A stretch of 64,000 bases of DNA from Trichosphaerium sp. ATCC 40318 (GCA_038496445.1 JALMLS010000577.1:186001-250000); one strand, 5' to 3'; positions 1-13,147 are shown, numbered from the stretch's first letter. The notes: a model not told the origin generated them from the sequence alone. Program-made: numbers and translations.

Positions 1-1133
1 GTTACAGTACCTCCACTGTTTTTGCTTCACAAACAAAGAAAGTCATTGACTTAACTTTTTGAACTTCAGGGTCTACTATGATTGATATTAAACCCCATGA
101 TACTCTGCATTTTAAACTTATAGAACGACATGATACACCAAAGGAGGTACTTACATAGCTCCCCTCTCACTAGAGGTAAGATAGTAATTTGTTCTTCAAA
201 CAGGTTTTCGAGTATGAAGTCCCAGTACCATTGGTTGACTTGCACAGTCTGGTAGGATCGTCATGGGATCTTGTTATCATAAAGGTAATGTCCATTCTCT
301 TTTTTTTGTTTATGATCACGTGCTTATGAGTCTATTTATAGCTTGTAAAATACATAGATGGCATAAACCATGTCAAAAAGATAGCCAGCTTGGCTGATGT
401 GCAGATTGATATTGCAAAGAATGCGATAGCTCACCTTCTTTACTACGAACTCGTCTCGATGGTTGATCTCTTCCAGTATACTAACATGTATGCTATTACG
501 CCTAAGATTAGATTGTTGGCAAATGACCACAAGATGCAAGCAGAATGCGTCCGTTTAGTAGCAAAGGATCGTAAGTATTCATATTATCGTCATTTTTCTT
601 ACCTTGCCAAAATAGCCGAGTCACCTCCCAAGTTCTCAAAGGTATTCTCTCTGTACTGCGCTTTAAAGCCTGGTAAACCTCTCAAGAACTTTGCAAAGGA
701 GCACGCACCAGCTAATGCGAATGTTGATCTCAGGTCAGTTGGAGACATTGGTTTGTTTTGCTTTTTATACTGACATCCTCACTTTAGGAGTTTAATAACA
801 TTTGGTGTCATGAACGGATTACTAAGGCGTATTCAATTGTACGACATTATCCATCTTTCTTTTTCAGTAGTGTAACCACCGTAGGTACCCTCTTTCATTG
901 TCGAACCTGATACGCATTGGAGACCCTTCAGTAGACTCAGCAATACCTAACGTTGAAGAGTACGTTTCCTGTTTTTATTGCAATACAAAAAAATAAGATT
1001 GTCTGTGCTCCAGCAATGTTTAACATTCGCTAGGCTCATCGATGGTCAACACTGCTTTGATGAGATATGTTGTAAACTTAATCTATCCTACATGCGCGCA
1101 GCTACCCATTTCGGATACACGCTAGGAAGGTGA
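1..1133 (+). CDS. NPRL2: GATOR1 subunit NPRL2/NPR2 homolog, 3' part (5' end outside window), multi-exon
   Basis: Spliced translation VFEYEVPVP..WDLVIIKLVKYIDGINHVKKIASLADVQIDIAKNAIAHLLYYELV..FQYTNMY..DLRSLITFGVMNGLLRRIQLYP..DGQHCFDEICC matches NPR2-family motifs; stop TGA 1131-1133. Confidence 0.88.
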
Positions 1134-1256
1134 CTACCCTTCATCATTGTAACTGTATAAAACACCATTGTATTGAGTTTGAGGTTCCCTTAAATTTACG
1201 AAGGCCGGCGCTGTTGTTGACTGTCAAATAATTCGTTTATATTCCAATTACACAAC

Positions 1257-1927
1257 ATGTACTACACACTAGCTCTTTTCTTGGCTATTATCTGTATTGT
1301 CGCTGCTCAAGGAGATGCAGGATGCTCCTGTAAAGGCGTGGCATGTAACTGTTGCGCAGAATACGAGAACGGACCTCTCACTCTATCAACATGCGCTGAT
1401 TTGACATGGGACGCTGCGAATAAAGTATGACACCTATTTCTGATTTTTTTATGGCGCAAGGCTTTAGTTTAACGAAAATTAGAGCGTGGGTGCCGAAATA
1501 ACCTTTGGAGGCGCTGAGGTTCTTCAAACATCATTCTCTCGTACGTATTTTAGAAAAATCACGTGAATATTTCCAAGCTTATAAGCTAACTAGAGAGTCA
1601 TCCTTCCGAATGCATTAATGTCGGTTTATTCAAGCTATGGTAAGAATCACGTGTGATACCTTTCCGTTTTAATAATATTGTTTCTTCAAGCTTTACAATG
1701 GAAAATGCTACGCTAACAAACACCGGTGCTTGTGCTTGCTTTAGTGTCGCCTTTACCACGTTTGGCGTTAACGTTGCCCTCCCTCTTGGTTTTATGAATG
1801 TACCTGATGACACGTTTGTGTGCCCTACTACATCTCAAGGTACTAATATATCTCTTATTGACTTCCCAATCCCCATCTAACCCCATTGTTAGCTCAATGC
1901 AAAGTTGGAGAGAATAAGAAACGTTAA
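1257..1927 (+). CDS. Small secreted Cys-rich protein (DUF4773-like)
   Basis: Signal peptide MYYTLALFLAIICIVAA then CSCKGVACNCC..TCADLTWD and later GACACF; several GT-AG introns; stop TAA 1925-1927. Confidence 0.65.
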
Positions 1928-1966
1928 AGTTTAAATAAATATTCTTGGTTTCACAAAAAAAAAAAA

Positions 1967-2122
1967 GGAGTTGTTGCTCACAGGGTCTTATACAAACCAC
2001 ACTTGTTGCACTATGAAGAGGTAGTGGTTACTGGCTACGCCAAGGGAAAGACGCATGTATAGTCTTGTGCTCCTGTCCAACGACCTTTTATCGGGAAACC
2101 GGTCGGGTAGTATTCCCCGATA
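1967..2122 (+). ncRNA. Candidate structured RNA of unknown family
   Basis: GC-richer island between an A-tract and a T-tract. Nested stems GGAG/CTCC, CACAGGG/TCTTGTG, TATACA/TGTATA, AACCAC/GTGGTT, TGGC/GCCA; 3' hairpin TATCGGG/CCCGATA; CGACC/GGTCG pseudoknot. Confidence 0.4.
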
Positions 2123-2156
2123 CGAATAATTCTTTTTTTTTTGTTTTCATTTTTTA

Positions 2157-4560
2157 TTATCGCTTTTTTTTGTTCTTGTTTTTCCTTTGTCCTGTTTTCC
2201 CTTCACTCAAAAACATGCCTAAAGATATCTTATTATTATGGGATTTAACATCCCCTGAGGCGTCCAAAAGAACTCTTTTCGTTTCCTATGAAGACAACCA
2301 AAGTTAGAAGACAAACAAAGAGCAAACAAATTAAAAAAAACCAAAAATAAAAGATTGTTATCGTACAAGTATCGGATTCCCGTCGCTATCTGTATGTGCA
2401 TACATGCAGTTCTCCCCAAATTTACAAGTACCATTTCCAAAATCAAAGTATTTGCATGGTATCTTACTCATTTTACCCTACAACAAGCTGAGCGAACGGT
2501 TCCAGAGTTAAATGTTGGCTCTTCAAAAAAAAATTTGAGCCAAAAAATTTGTTACCTTGTATTCGTGTATAAAACCTTGTTTTTGCCTCTGATCTGTAAT
2601 CATCACGTGACTAGGTACAACAAAATAGCTGAGGACGTTACAGCTTGGACAATTACGGAACTGAGCGACATTGCCTTTTTCCTTTTGAGCCCGAAACTCT
2701 TTTATACAAGGCAAACAAAAAGCGCAGTTACAATTCGCTAAAAAATCAAAAAATAAGCAAAAAACAAGATCCAACTAATTAAAGGTTATCAAAGACGCAC
2801 GCAATAAACCAAATCTGCTGCCAGTATTTCTCACACCTTGTCGGCAAAGAGCACATTCATAGTTAAGAGATTCATCAGCTTGATCACGTTTCTCGGATTT
2901 TTGAGTGCATTCCTTAATATGTTGTTGATTGTGTGCAGCGTTTCCTGGTATCAACATGGGTTTTTGGCATATGTGACACACGTCTCCATGAACGTTCCTG
3001 CAATGGGCTCCATAACGGCAATATCCTTGAATGTGGTATGTACATAGTTGCTGAGGACTCGGAGAACGAGGGTATTCATCAATTTCTGAACAAGGAAAAA
3101 ATTTAAGTATTCAGGGAGCAAAGTCAGAGGGGAAAAAAAAACTGGAGTAAAAAAAATGTCCTGTTATTAGTGACGTACCATTCCCGTTGTGTGAACGTGT
3201 ATTGTCGTTTGAAAAACCATTTGCTTCCATATTGTCTTGGGCACCATTCCTCGTATTATATAGCTGCTGGGAACCATTTGGCGAGCGGGATTGGGCGGGC
3301 TGGCGATCCCAAGGAGATTGGAAATACTCCGCCGGAGACGAAGATTGACGCAATCGCTGAGAAGGTGCGTCTGGTTGATCGTACGCAGGTGTTAATACAT
3401 AACTCTTACGCCTGGGCTGAGGCGTATTATCCCTAATATGAGATTAACTTCAAAAAAGCACAAGAATAAAATGTCGTACCCACCGCTTGACGCGATGTCA
3501 ATTGGTAAACTGAACAAACTATTCGATCTCCCTCTATTACGTCTGTAGTTTTTTTTTTAGTGATTTTGAGATCAAAAAGGTAATTATCTAGTTTGTAGTG
3601 ACGTACGAAAACGCTTCGTGGTATGAACTAGAGTTATACGATGCACTTTGTGCCCATGGGTCATTTGACATTGGCACGGATTGAGGTGCCGATGAAGGAA
3701 ACTGCAAAGATTGAGAGAACAAACTTGTTGCGCGTGGCCTCTCACCATCAAAATGAGACTCATCCATACCAGGACTACGCCCTTGATGACTTCCTGTTCT
3801 ACTACCGGACAATGAATCACGATAACCTTCGCTTTCACCACTCCTAACAATTTAATGTTAGAATACAAACAAGATATACCAAAAAAAGATAATTTCGCTT
3901 TACCATGAGTAGTTATCGGAAGGAGCTGATCCTACGCCATTGGGGTGTACCGGTTTTTTATCCCAGGGGTTACGAAAATGAGCAGGCGCGCTAGAAGCTT
4001 GCGGTACAGCAAGCGTGGCAGATCTCATAGGTAAATATTGCGCTGGCTTGTCGTCCAAATAATTATTGTCGGAAATGCTGGCTCCACTCATTGCCTGGAT
4101 AACTTTTTTGAAAACGCGTCAATACCATCCAAAAATAAAAGAAAAAAATAACTGTAAAACAACACAAAAAAGGTAACCTCAAATGTTGATTTGGGTGACA
4201 TTTGAGACATATTTTTTTTTTTTTTTTTTTTTCCTTTTTTCAATTTATTACTCAAGATAAACGCACGTTTGGATTCTTCTTTTGATTCTATTGAGAAGAA
4301 TGAGAAAACATCTTCATGGTCAGCCCTAGGATCAGTGTTGAGAATGAGAATTCGAATTACCCTTTTTTTTTATTGGGATTTGATCAAACAGCACAAATTC
4401 TTAAGCGTGAGTGTTCTGGTAGCGTTTCCTACCAGTAAAAATGATCGTACCCGTTGCGTGTTTCATTATGTGTAATTCCAGGCGATTGTCTTGTGCCTTG
4501 CCTAAGGTCGCTGCCATAAAGGTTTTGATTGGATGGCCAATGGCTGCCGTTGCCGTTCAT
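2157..4560 (-). CDS. MKRN: Makorin-type RING E3 ligase with C-terminal CCCH finger and long low-complexity N-terminus; start uncertain
   Basis: YECALC..RFGLL..CNCAFCLPCIKEFR..RNCPSCNVLSYFVVPS and MSKIPC-like KIPCKYFDFGNGTCKFGENCMYAH are makorin signatures. Confidence 0.82.
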
Positions 4561-5300
4561 GTATGGCGAAGTGCCTACCAGTAAATAAGCCTCTAGGCGT
4601 AGTTGCGACAATAACAAAGGCGATTGTCAGGTGTCGTTCTAATTTAATGGCAAATTTGTTTTATTGAAATAAAAAGTGCCACAAGTAATTCGTAACGTGT
4701 TACGGCGTTGTGAAGATGAAAAATAATTTGTTGTTACTGTATTTAATGTTAATTTTGTAAACCGAACGTTAACACGCGAGAGTTAAAGTACTCTTTGCCG
4801 TTACCATCGCGTGTTAAGAACGTCAGCTGGATGTTTTGTTAATAGCTCGTTTAACAGGTCGTACTTTGTTGCTCCCTGCGCGCACCGCCATTGTAGTTAT
4901 CGTTTACGCCTTGGTTATGCATCAAGCGCTGTTATTTAAGATTCACGAGTTTTGATGGCGTGATTACGCGTTGTGAGTTGTTGTAGCGAAGCACAACACA
5001 ATTTTATAACGTAGATATTTGTAGTTAACCTACCACTCAATTTTATCAGTGAAACAGCTTATCAATACTTCTTGTGAGTTCGACGTGCTGCTGCAGTGAC
5101 GCTGGGTTCGTTTTTATCGATATAAAATGACTACCAAAAAACATCTCCTCACAAATCTGGCGAGTCAGTCAACCTGTTTATTTGTTTGGACATTCTCTCT
5201 CTTGCCAGAACTCGAACAAGCTTTGCTTACATAACAAAAGGTAGGTCAGTAAAGTATCGTTATGCTGAGGGTCACAACAGGAAGAAAATTAAACTCGCAA

Positions 5301-6698
5301 ATGTCAAACAAACGAAAGGCTCACAATGTTGCTTCTAGAAAAGCGAAGAAAGCTAAAACTAATATGGACATTGTCAAGCTATTGGACTTTGATGTAAAAC
5401 AACTAAAGAGTGAAGAGGACTTCTCTCAGGCCTTTAAACGTGCGTAGAGCTTGGTTTTGATCAACAAAAAACATTTTCTAGGTATCGCCACTACGTTAAT
5501 GAGTAATTTTGTTATTGTTGCTGGAGGCGATAGCCGCTTTCAATTCTTGGAGACAGAGTTCTACTACAGGGTAAGTGCAAAATTTTTTAGTGAATTGCAA
5601 TGATTGACTCCACGAACCTAGGGAGAAGGCCATATGGATTATTTTACACATTGTGATGACTTACAATCAACCATGGCCAATTGGTACGTTTAAATTAGCA
5701 GAAAAGGAAAAAAAATGCCGCCAATTTCTCATTTAGCTCAAAGGTACTTTCACAAAACTGGCTCTGGTTATAAGGGTTCGCACACTTTTTTTTTCTTCGT
5801 ACAGTTCTCATGACATGTTGTAGGAGGCACATACAAAGGCATTGACATAACGTTTGGAAAAGGGGTAGCCAACATTTAAGACAAGCACTGGTACTAACAA
5901 TTTTGGTAGGATGATTGTTTTGGTGGCATTCTTATTCGCGCCATTAAAAAAATAGACCCTGATAAAGCAGATGCAAGTACGCTCTCCTGATACTTGGATT
6001 ATCACAATATACAAACCAACGCGTAGGTCTTGTGTCAGATGGTCCATGCAAGGTCGTGGATGCACTTTTAAAAGCAGTTGGCAAGCAATCCGTAGCAGGT
6101 ACATGAGATGTCAAAAAAAATCAACCAGATTTTGCTCCAAATAGCTTAACACTACTTAGGATTTGCAGACGATAATGATAATTTTGACGTGTCTATAATT
6201 GCCAAAGACGACTTGTACGTCGCCTACGACGCTTCCTTAAAGGGCACTACACCTCCTATTAGAACACCACGGTACAGATTTAGATATTTTGTTGATCTCA
6301 AACTAAACTCTACCTTGCAGCGTTGGGCTGACTCTAAAATCTAAAACTGATAATCGCAGACCAGAGTTCGTCGCAAAACCTTACAGATTTGTATCAAGAC
6401 CAGATTTGGTAAAGAAAGGTAAACAACACATGGTATTGGGTATGCACAACGACGGATTTGATCCTGCTGAGATATCAAAAGTACGTTGCCTATTTTGTGA
6501 TGATTTACACAGGCAGGAGATTGCTTACTTGTTTACTAGCAAACAAAAGTTTCTTTAAAGAATATAGCCAAATATATTGGTTTGTTTGATGAAGGCAAGG
6601 AATTAAGCGACGAGTTCTTTTTCCACAAGGCTCTAAAGGTTGACGTTTTATGTAAAATGATAGGCGCACTCGGTAATCTACGTGAAGACAAAGAGTAA
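5301..6698 (+). CDS. Divergent methylpurine-DNA glycosylase (AAG/MPG)-fold protein
   Basis: Spliced motifs FLETEFY..DYFTHC..WYFHK..GGTYKGIDITFG..GGILIRAI..DGPCKVVDAL..TPRVGL..PYRF are colinear with AAG/MPG motifs; basic NLS-like N-terminus. Confidence 0.7.
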
Positions 6699-6948
6699 CG
6701 TAATCTTCTCGCCTTGTGTTAAAATAAAAGCCGTTTTTTTTTGAACAACTACGCACGTAATATTCAACTATGACGAGGCATACTTGCCAATGCTTTTGGC
6801 ATCTCTATCACCATGCCGTGGGATGCCAAAATGTTAAGCTACTCGCCAAATTCCATCCGGTTAAATGTCATTTTACAAGGTTCATAGAGTGTTTAGATGG
6901 TACCTGCAATGTAAACGAAAAATATTTATTGTACGTAACGTTTACGTG

Positions 6949-7501
6949 TTATAATGTAAACGCGTAAATCACGCACAACATTAGAAATGTTGTGTATACA
7001 CTGAACTGCAATATTGGAGCAGGAGCGCACTGCTCTGCAGGGCAACCGTATGCTGCGCAACGTTCTTCGTACACCTCTAAATCTGACCCTGTGTTGCACT
7101 TTGTAGATGTGAGGCATTTTCCGTAGACTTGGTAGCACTCACAGCGATGCTATGTGTTGTTAGCGGGTTTTTATGTCCTCGGTAGTATGCAACGCGCAAT
7201 TAGCGTAGATTTGCGTTTATACGCTATGTGCGGTTGCGAAAACGAACTTACTTCTACAACTTGAGTTGCATTTGATGGCAGTGTTTCAAAACCAGCCGGA
7301 AGCACCTCATAGCAATCTGTGAAGTTGTGGACGCATGTAAACAATAAAGGACTACGTTCACATTCAGAAGTTGCTGAAACTGTGTTATACGCTAAATGCG
7401 TGTTAGTACATATTAAAATTGAAGGGATTGTGCACTACAGCCATTAACCGCGTACATAATACTAAGAGCACTACACATGATATTATACTAGCATATAACA
7501 T
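6949..7501 (-). CDS. Small secreted, probably GPI-anchored Cys-rich protein (3 exons; missed by ORF track)
   Basis: MLYASIISCVVLLVLS signal; CERSPLLFTCVHNFTDC..HRCECYQVYGKCLTSTKC..CAAYGCPAEQC; hydrophobic tail FSVYTTFLMLCVIYAFTL*. Confidence 0.72.
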
Positions 7502-7679
7502 AGTTTTGCCTTCTTTCCAAAGTTATTGGGTAACGTAATGATTTTTTACCCAAAAACAAGAAGTTGTCATATTTTTTCCTCAAATGGCCTTATTACAGCG
7601 CCACGTGGGTTTTTGAGGTTCGTGTCACTCGTGTGGTTTCGTGCGATGTTTACTTTAATATTCAGCGTAAGGAACACAC

Positions 7680-7689
7680 GTCACGTGAC
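7680..7689. promoter_or_regulatory. Perfect GTCACGTGAC palindrome (E-box/CLEAR-like) in a divergent promoter
   Basis: 10-bp palindrome with a second CACGTG at 7602; the motif recurs upstream of several genes in the window. Confidence 0.45.
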
Positions 7690-8359
7690 GGAACGCGAAA
7701 GATCTGAAATGCTACCAGAAGCTATAGCACTTTGTTACGGGTTTTCACCATAAAAAGACACAAAAAAAAATCACGTTTCTTTGATTTGGAGGGGATTATA
7801 AATTACCCACCTTGCTCTTTTACGTACGCCGTTTTGTGCATGAGATCGGTCGTTTCATTATTTCTCCCCTTTTTTTCTCCGATGCTTTGCGCAGCACCAG
7901 TAATCGACATGGTTCGTCATTTGAACGTGGGTATTTTCTTAACCGCATGAAATACTACGTTCTAACACACTTCTCACATGAAATTTTTGTAGTTGTCATT
8001 AAAAAACTACACGCACGAGATTTTTGTTTTTACGGCTATTGCATGCTAATATATTGCCCGTCATACCGTCAGATATGTTTGGGAGATAACAGGATAAGTA
8101 TCGACAACAACACCTGAAATAGGAAATTTCGAGAATTTTTGACGTGCTCACTGTTATCAAACTTTATCAACAAGCTCGCAGCTTCTTATCATAAAAAAAC
8201 TACTAACAAGGTATGTTTTTAGTTAACACAGCTCTCAAAACGGAAAACGATCCTATGTTTGTTACCAATTTTTGTTTATTTTGTTTAATCTACTCAAAAG
8301 TACCGTTTGCACACTTAAACTTCTCTACTGTCCCATTTAATGCATTATTAGCAAAAAAC

Positions 8360-11300
8360 ATGCCAAAACACGGCGTTATACTGCTCCTTGCGCTATGCAC
8401 ACTTTATATGTGCCAAGCGTCTCTCCTAGCGAAACTATCTGATTTTAACACACGTTTTGGCTTCTCACACAATCCCGCTACGTCTAACACAAGAATGTGG
8501 ATATTCTGGACTGTAAACGGCGATAGCGTCGATTTCGGGGTTGTTGGCAAAACTGAGGGATGGGTCGCTGTTGGCCTTAACCCAAATGCTGGAAGTGATC
8601 TCAATAGCGTTATAATGCAAGGTGCAAGCGCTGTCATAGGTATAAATAAATAAAATTAATTTAACCGCTAAACACGCTTTCCAGGCTTTCAAGAGGGTAA
8701 TACAACGACTATTGGTACTTACGACCTCAGACAGACTCCTAGTCGCGGAGCAGATCTCACTACGACTGACTTTACAAATGCAACATGTACGCAGTGCCAG
8801 CTGAAACACCATGTACTCATCTGTAACTTAGTTGAAAAGGATACCGGTTTTGTGAGCCTCACATTCACTCAAAACTATACCACTGCACAAGTAACAACAC
8901 CGCAAGGTTGGTTAGCAGCATACCGAACTGATACATCACTTTTGTCCGCTCACAACACGAGATACAGGGACATTTTGACTTTAAGTATGTTGCCATTATG
9001 AAAAGGGTACACTAAAACTAACACCCATTCTAAGGCGATGGTACTGGCGCTAGAGTTGTTTCTTTATGTACAAATGTTACCTGTAATGGTACTTGTAACC
9101 CTGATGAGGCTAACGACTGTATTCCTCCTCCTTCTGCACCAGTTGAGCCTACAAGCGCCGTTATAACTACACTGGCGCCAATTGGCCCTCAAAATTCTGG
9201 ACCAATAGTGGATTTCCTTGGTGTCAGTGGTCTCACTGCTGAATTTACACTTGAAACAGACACTGTTACTGTACAACTCGAAGCACCAACAACAGGTAAC
9301 TATTAGTGCGCACTTGCAATTTGGGCTTATAGTCTTGTGTTAGGTTATTGTGCTATTGCTTTTGGACAACAATCCATGGTTGGTTCTGTCGCTATTATTG
9401 GATTCTTGAATGGTGGCACTCCTTCTGTGCAGGTATTGCTTTTTTTTTTTTTTTTTTGCACTGGATGTTGATTGTTGTTGTGTAGGCTTGGGATCTTCTT
9501 GCCAGAAATGCTGGTGACGCAGCAGCTTCTGCTGCATTGACGTCATCAAGCCCTTACACATTTGTTGGTACACCAACAGTTGAGACTGTGGGTAACAATG
9601 TGCGAGTTACATTTACAATTAACAGAGCATTCACCTTTAATTCTAATGGTAAGCCTTGTTAAAACTCTTTTTGTCCTTCTCTAACCTTGTTTTCATAGCT
9701 CAAACAATTGATGAAGGCACAAACATTGTCGTCGCATTTGGCGATGTGACAAATGGCCAACCGCAGTACCATGGATTTGAAGGTTTGCAATTTTTCAACA
9801 TTATGTATGAATCTTATTTTTTACTTTTAATAGGACGTAATGGCGGTCAAATCACTTTCGTTGCTACTCCTGTAGCTCCTGTTGCACCTGTTGCACCTAC
9901 CGCACCACCTGTAGCATCTGATGATGATTTCTTGGGCGTTGCTGGCTATCGTCAAAGTAACACAATCAACGGCGATGAAATTACAATCACTTTCTCTGCT
10001 CCAGCAGAATACGTTGCCTTAGGATTCTCATCATCTTCTCCTGCTCGTATGGTGGGATCTGTAGCACTTGTAGGTTACGTTTCCGGCGGTACAGGTGTCT
10101 TGAAGGTGCGCTAGAAGCAAGTCATTAAATAGTGTATTAAAATCATTTTTAGACTTTTGCACTTAACGCTCAGAGCGAAGCTGGTGTTGTTGAGGAAAAC
10201 GGTGTCTTTGACGTTGTGTCAAGTACTGTAACTAGCGTAGGCGGTACAACAAGTGTTGAAGTCACTTTGAAAACTGCATACGAATTTAATGGCGGTAAGT
10301 TTACGGCACTTGGTTTGCTGATCAATCCTCTTTTGGATTTATATATTTGACCAATAAAAAAAAATTTACTTATCAATTTTTCTAGCACAAACCATCTCTG
10401 CAGCTTCTGACATTGTTGTTGCCTATGGTAATTTACGTGGAAGCGGTGACGCCCCAGCACAACACAGTACGTGATAGTGCAGTGGATATACCTCATACAT
10501 CATGCTAAAGTGTTTCAAAATAGGTGCTAGTAATCGTGCTGCTGGTACTCTTTCTGGTGATGCTGCTCCTGTTGATAGTCTAGAAAGTACGTATTTTATT
10601 TAGTCCTTTGTGTTATGCATCCGTTAACATGTTCTATCATTTTAGTTTCCCACGGTGTCCTCATGTTCTTGTCATGGGGTTTACTATTGCCTTTGGGTTG
10701 GATGGCTGCGCGTTACCTTAAATTCAGTGATAAGAAAATGTGCGGTTTCCCTTACTGGTGGGCAATCCACAGGTACGAGATACATGCACACTATTTTTTT
10801 TCTTCGCTTTTCTTGTTTGGTCTGTCTCTCAATATTCTATTCCGTCTCCCATACTGACTTGAGCATTTTTTAGACCACTTCAAATTATCGCTTATGTTCT
10901 ATCTTTGATTGCGTTTGTTATCATTGTCATTGCTGTCGCTGATGCTAATGGTACGCACCACTCTTTTTTTTTGAAATAATAAAAAAATCGGTTTTATTGT
11001 ATCGTTTTCTCACGTATTCCTTGTAGCTGCACAATTTTCTGGAGGTATCTCTAAATTCCATAAACCTCTTGGTTTGATTATCACCATATTGGGTGCTGTC
11101 CAAGTCCTAATAGCAATTTTCAGGTACCCTTTTTTTTTCAACGAAAACAGAAAAAAACAAGATAAAACACTTAAAATATGTATTCCTGTATTTTTGTCTC
11201 ACATACTTTTAAGGCCACATCCTTCTGAGGATGGAAGCAAAGGGTTATGGCGTAAAATATGGGAACAAAAACATCATTGGCGTACGTTATAAGCACATTT

Positions 11301-11655
11301 CTTTTAAAACTTTCCGAGTATGTATTAACTTCCTCCTTTAGTTGGACGTGGTCTCTTAGCCGCTGCTGTCCCACAAATTTTCTCTGGTATCGCAGAACTT
11401 CTCACAGAGGACCAAGACCGTGATGTCTGGTACGTCATTCATTATTTTTGAGATTACTAGTTCTTTTGTTCTTACTTTTATGCTAGGTTCTACCTATACG
11501 CAGTAGTAGTATTCATATTTGTTGTTGCTATCGTTGCTCTTGAGATTTTGCGTTGTCGCTGGTCAAAAAAGGTACGAATATAATAGGATTCAAAGTTTAA
11601 AGTACTGTTTATTAATATTCATCTTTAGAAGAAGAACTCCGTTGAGATGGGTTAG
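8360..11655 (+). CDS. Three DOMON domains + cytochrome b561 (CYBDOM/ferric-chelate reductase-like), with signal peptide
   Basis: GWVAVG..MQGASAVIG, GYCAIAF..MVGSVAIIG, YVALGFS..MVGSVALVG; b561 His motifs SHGVLMFLSWG, WWAIHR, FHKPLG, QKHHW; stop TAG 11653-11655. Confidence 0.88.
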
Positions 11656-11859
11656 ATAAGATGAAGAAAAAAAACTTCAGGGAAGAAAAATAGAACAAAG
11701 GTTTCTTCCAAAAAAACTTTAAAATTGTAGTTAACTTGGCATAAATGTTGTACTTACTTTTGCAAATAAAATCTTTAATGTTGCCACAACAGACTTGTTG
11801 TTATTAGAGAAAGGGAACAATACAACTCGGTACCACCTATTGTCAAGTCGGAACTAGCC

Positions 11860-12900
11860 AACAGATATCAATTCCTTTCGCAAAAGATATCAAATTATGG
11901 GCTCACATATTGCTATTATCCTCTTCTGGATGAAAAGTACCCAACAGGGAAGGGAAGGCAAACTTCGCTGCTTCTTCCAGAATACATGTGGGATACCCAA
12001 GAAGAATCTTTTTCAGGACTAACGTCCCATCCATCAAGCCAATGTGGTTGGCAATAGAAAGAGTGTTCAATCTGCCTGCAGCTGGTGAAAAGTACTTAGG
12101 TTTTAGGTTCACTAGCAGTGGCTTGTCTTATGATTGGGGCGCTGCAGTGGAGGTGGGAGGCCCTCTGTAGTAGAAGCTTTCAAGTTGTACAATTACAAGT
12201 TTATATTAGGTTGCTTAGGTGCGTCAAAGGTTGCAATCATCCCAGAGATGTGCCGTGGCTATAGCTAATGTTAGTGCTTCCGGTTACTCATAGGAAAATG
12301 TCTAGGCCTCCTGAAAAGCATGAAGCTGTATTTTGGGAGTAGCACTTTGCTTAACTGTTAGAGTACCTTATATCATTTTTGTTAAATGGTGAGTGGGGTC
12401 TGGATGCTCTGTTCAGCTATGATGGCGATGTCTCAGCACTACTGGCAATATCAATAGTTATGTCCATCATTTGGAAATCACGTAATGATATCAAGTACGA
12501 TGGTACACTTCTGACGTCAAAGGAGGTCAGGTTAACGTTAAAAAAAATTTTATTTATTGGCTGTCAATATCAATGACGGTATCAAGCCACCACCTTGGGA
12601 AGTTTTTAATGACAATATAGAGTATTGCGTGTTTGACCCCAATTACAGTCAGGACTACACGCCTTTTGAGCCGACATACAAAAATCCGTCAGCTCTTCTA
12701 GAGCACGTCCAATATATAATGAGGGTGCGTTTGCAGTGGGTCACGAGATCTGTCACACCCTTCCAGACGGCACACCAGTGCCTGAAGCAAGGTTGGTGCC
12801 ATCCACACCAGTCCGTACAAGAAACTGATCAGTATGGCTCAGCTCGTATGTGGAGTAGTGCTCAAACATGAAAACGTAAAACAAGAAAAAAAAAAGAAAA
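11860..12900 (+). mobile_element. Degenerate non-LTR retrotransposon (LINE) ORF2 remnant
   Basis: One frame reads FAKDI (FADD-like), GKANFAAS and EKYLGFRFT, with an in-frame stop. Downstream IIWKSRNDIKY is a typical LINE ORF2 C-terminal motif. No introns; A-rich tail about 12870-12900. Confidence 0.65.
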
Positions 12901-13147
12901 TTTGTAAAAATGTACAAGCACCGCTAGTTGCTGTTGGTCCTACCAATGCATTCTGACGTTTTCTTAATAAACCAGCTTTACCTCAAAAAACAATAATATC
13001 TTACATTAGGTACACTCATGTGATTTGCAATGTTGAACAAAAAAAAGGACCAAAAACTGAATTTTTACACAAAAAGGATTGTAGGGTGCAAGGAGTTTTG
13101 ATTGGTTACTACTTGCTATTGTTCAATCTACTGAGACTTTATTGGAA

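Noticed and set aside
2005-2070. Hammerhead ribozyme reading (TGAAGA..GAAA..GTC)
   Set aside because: Core is TATGAAGA rather than CTGANGA, and stem II does not abut GAAA
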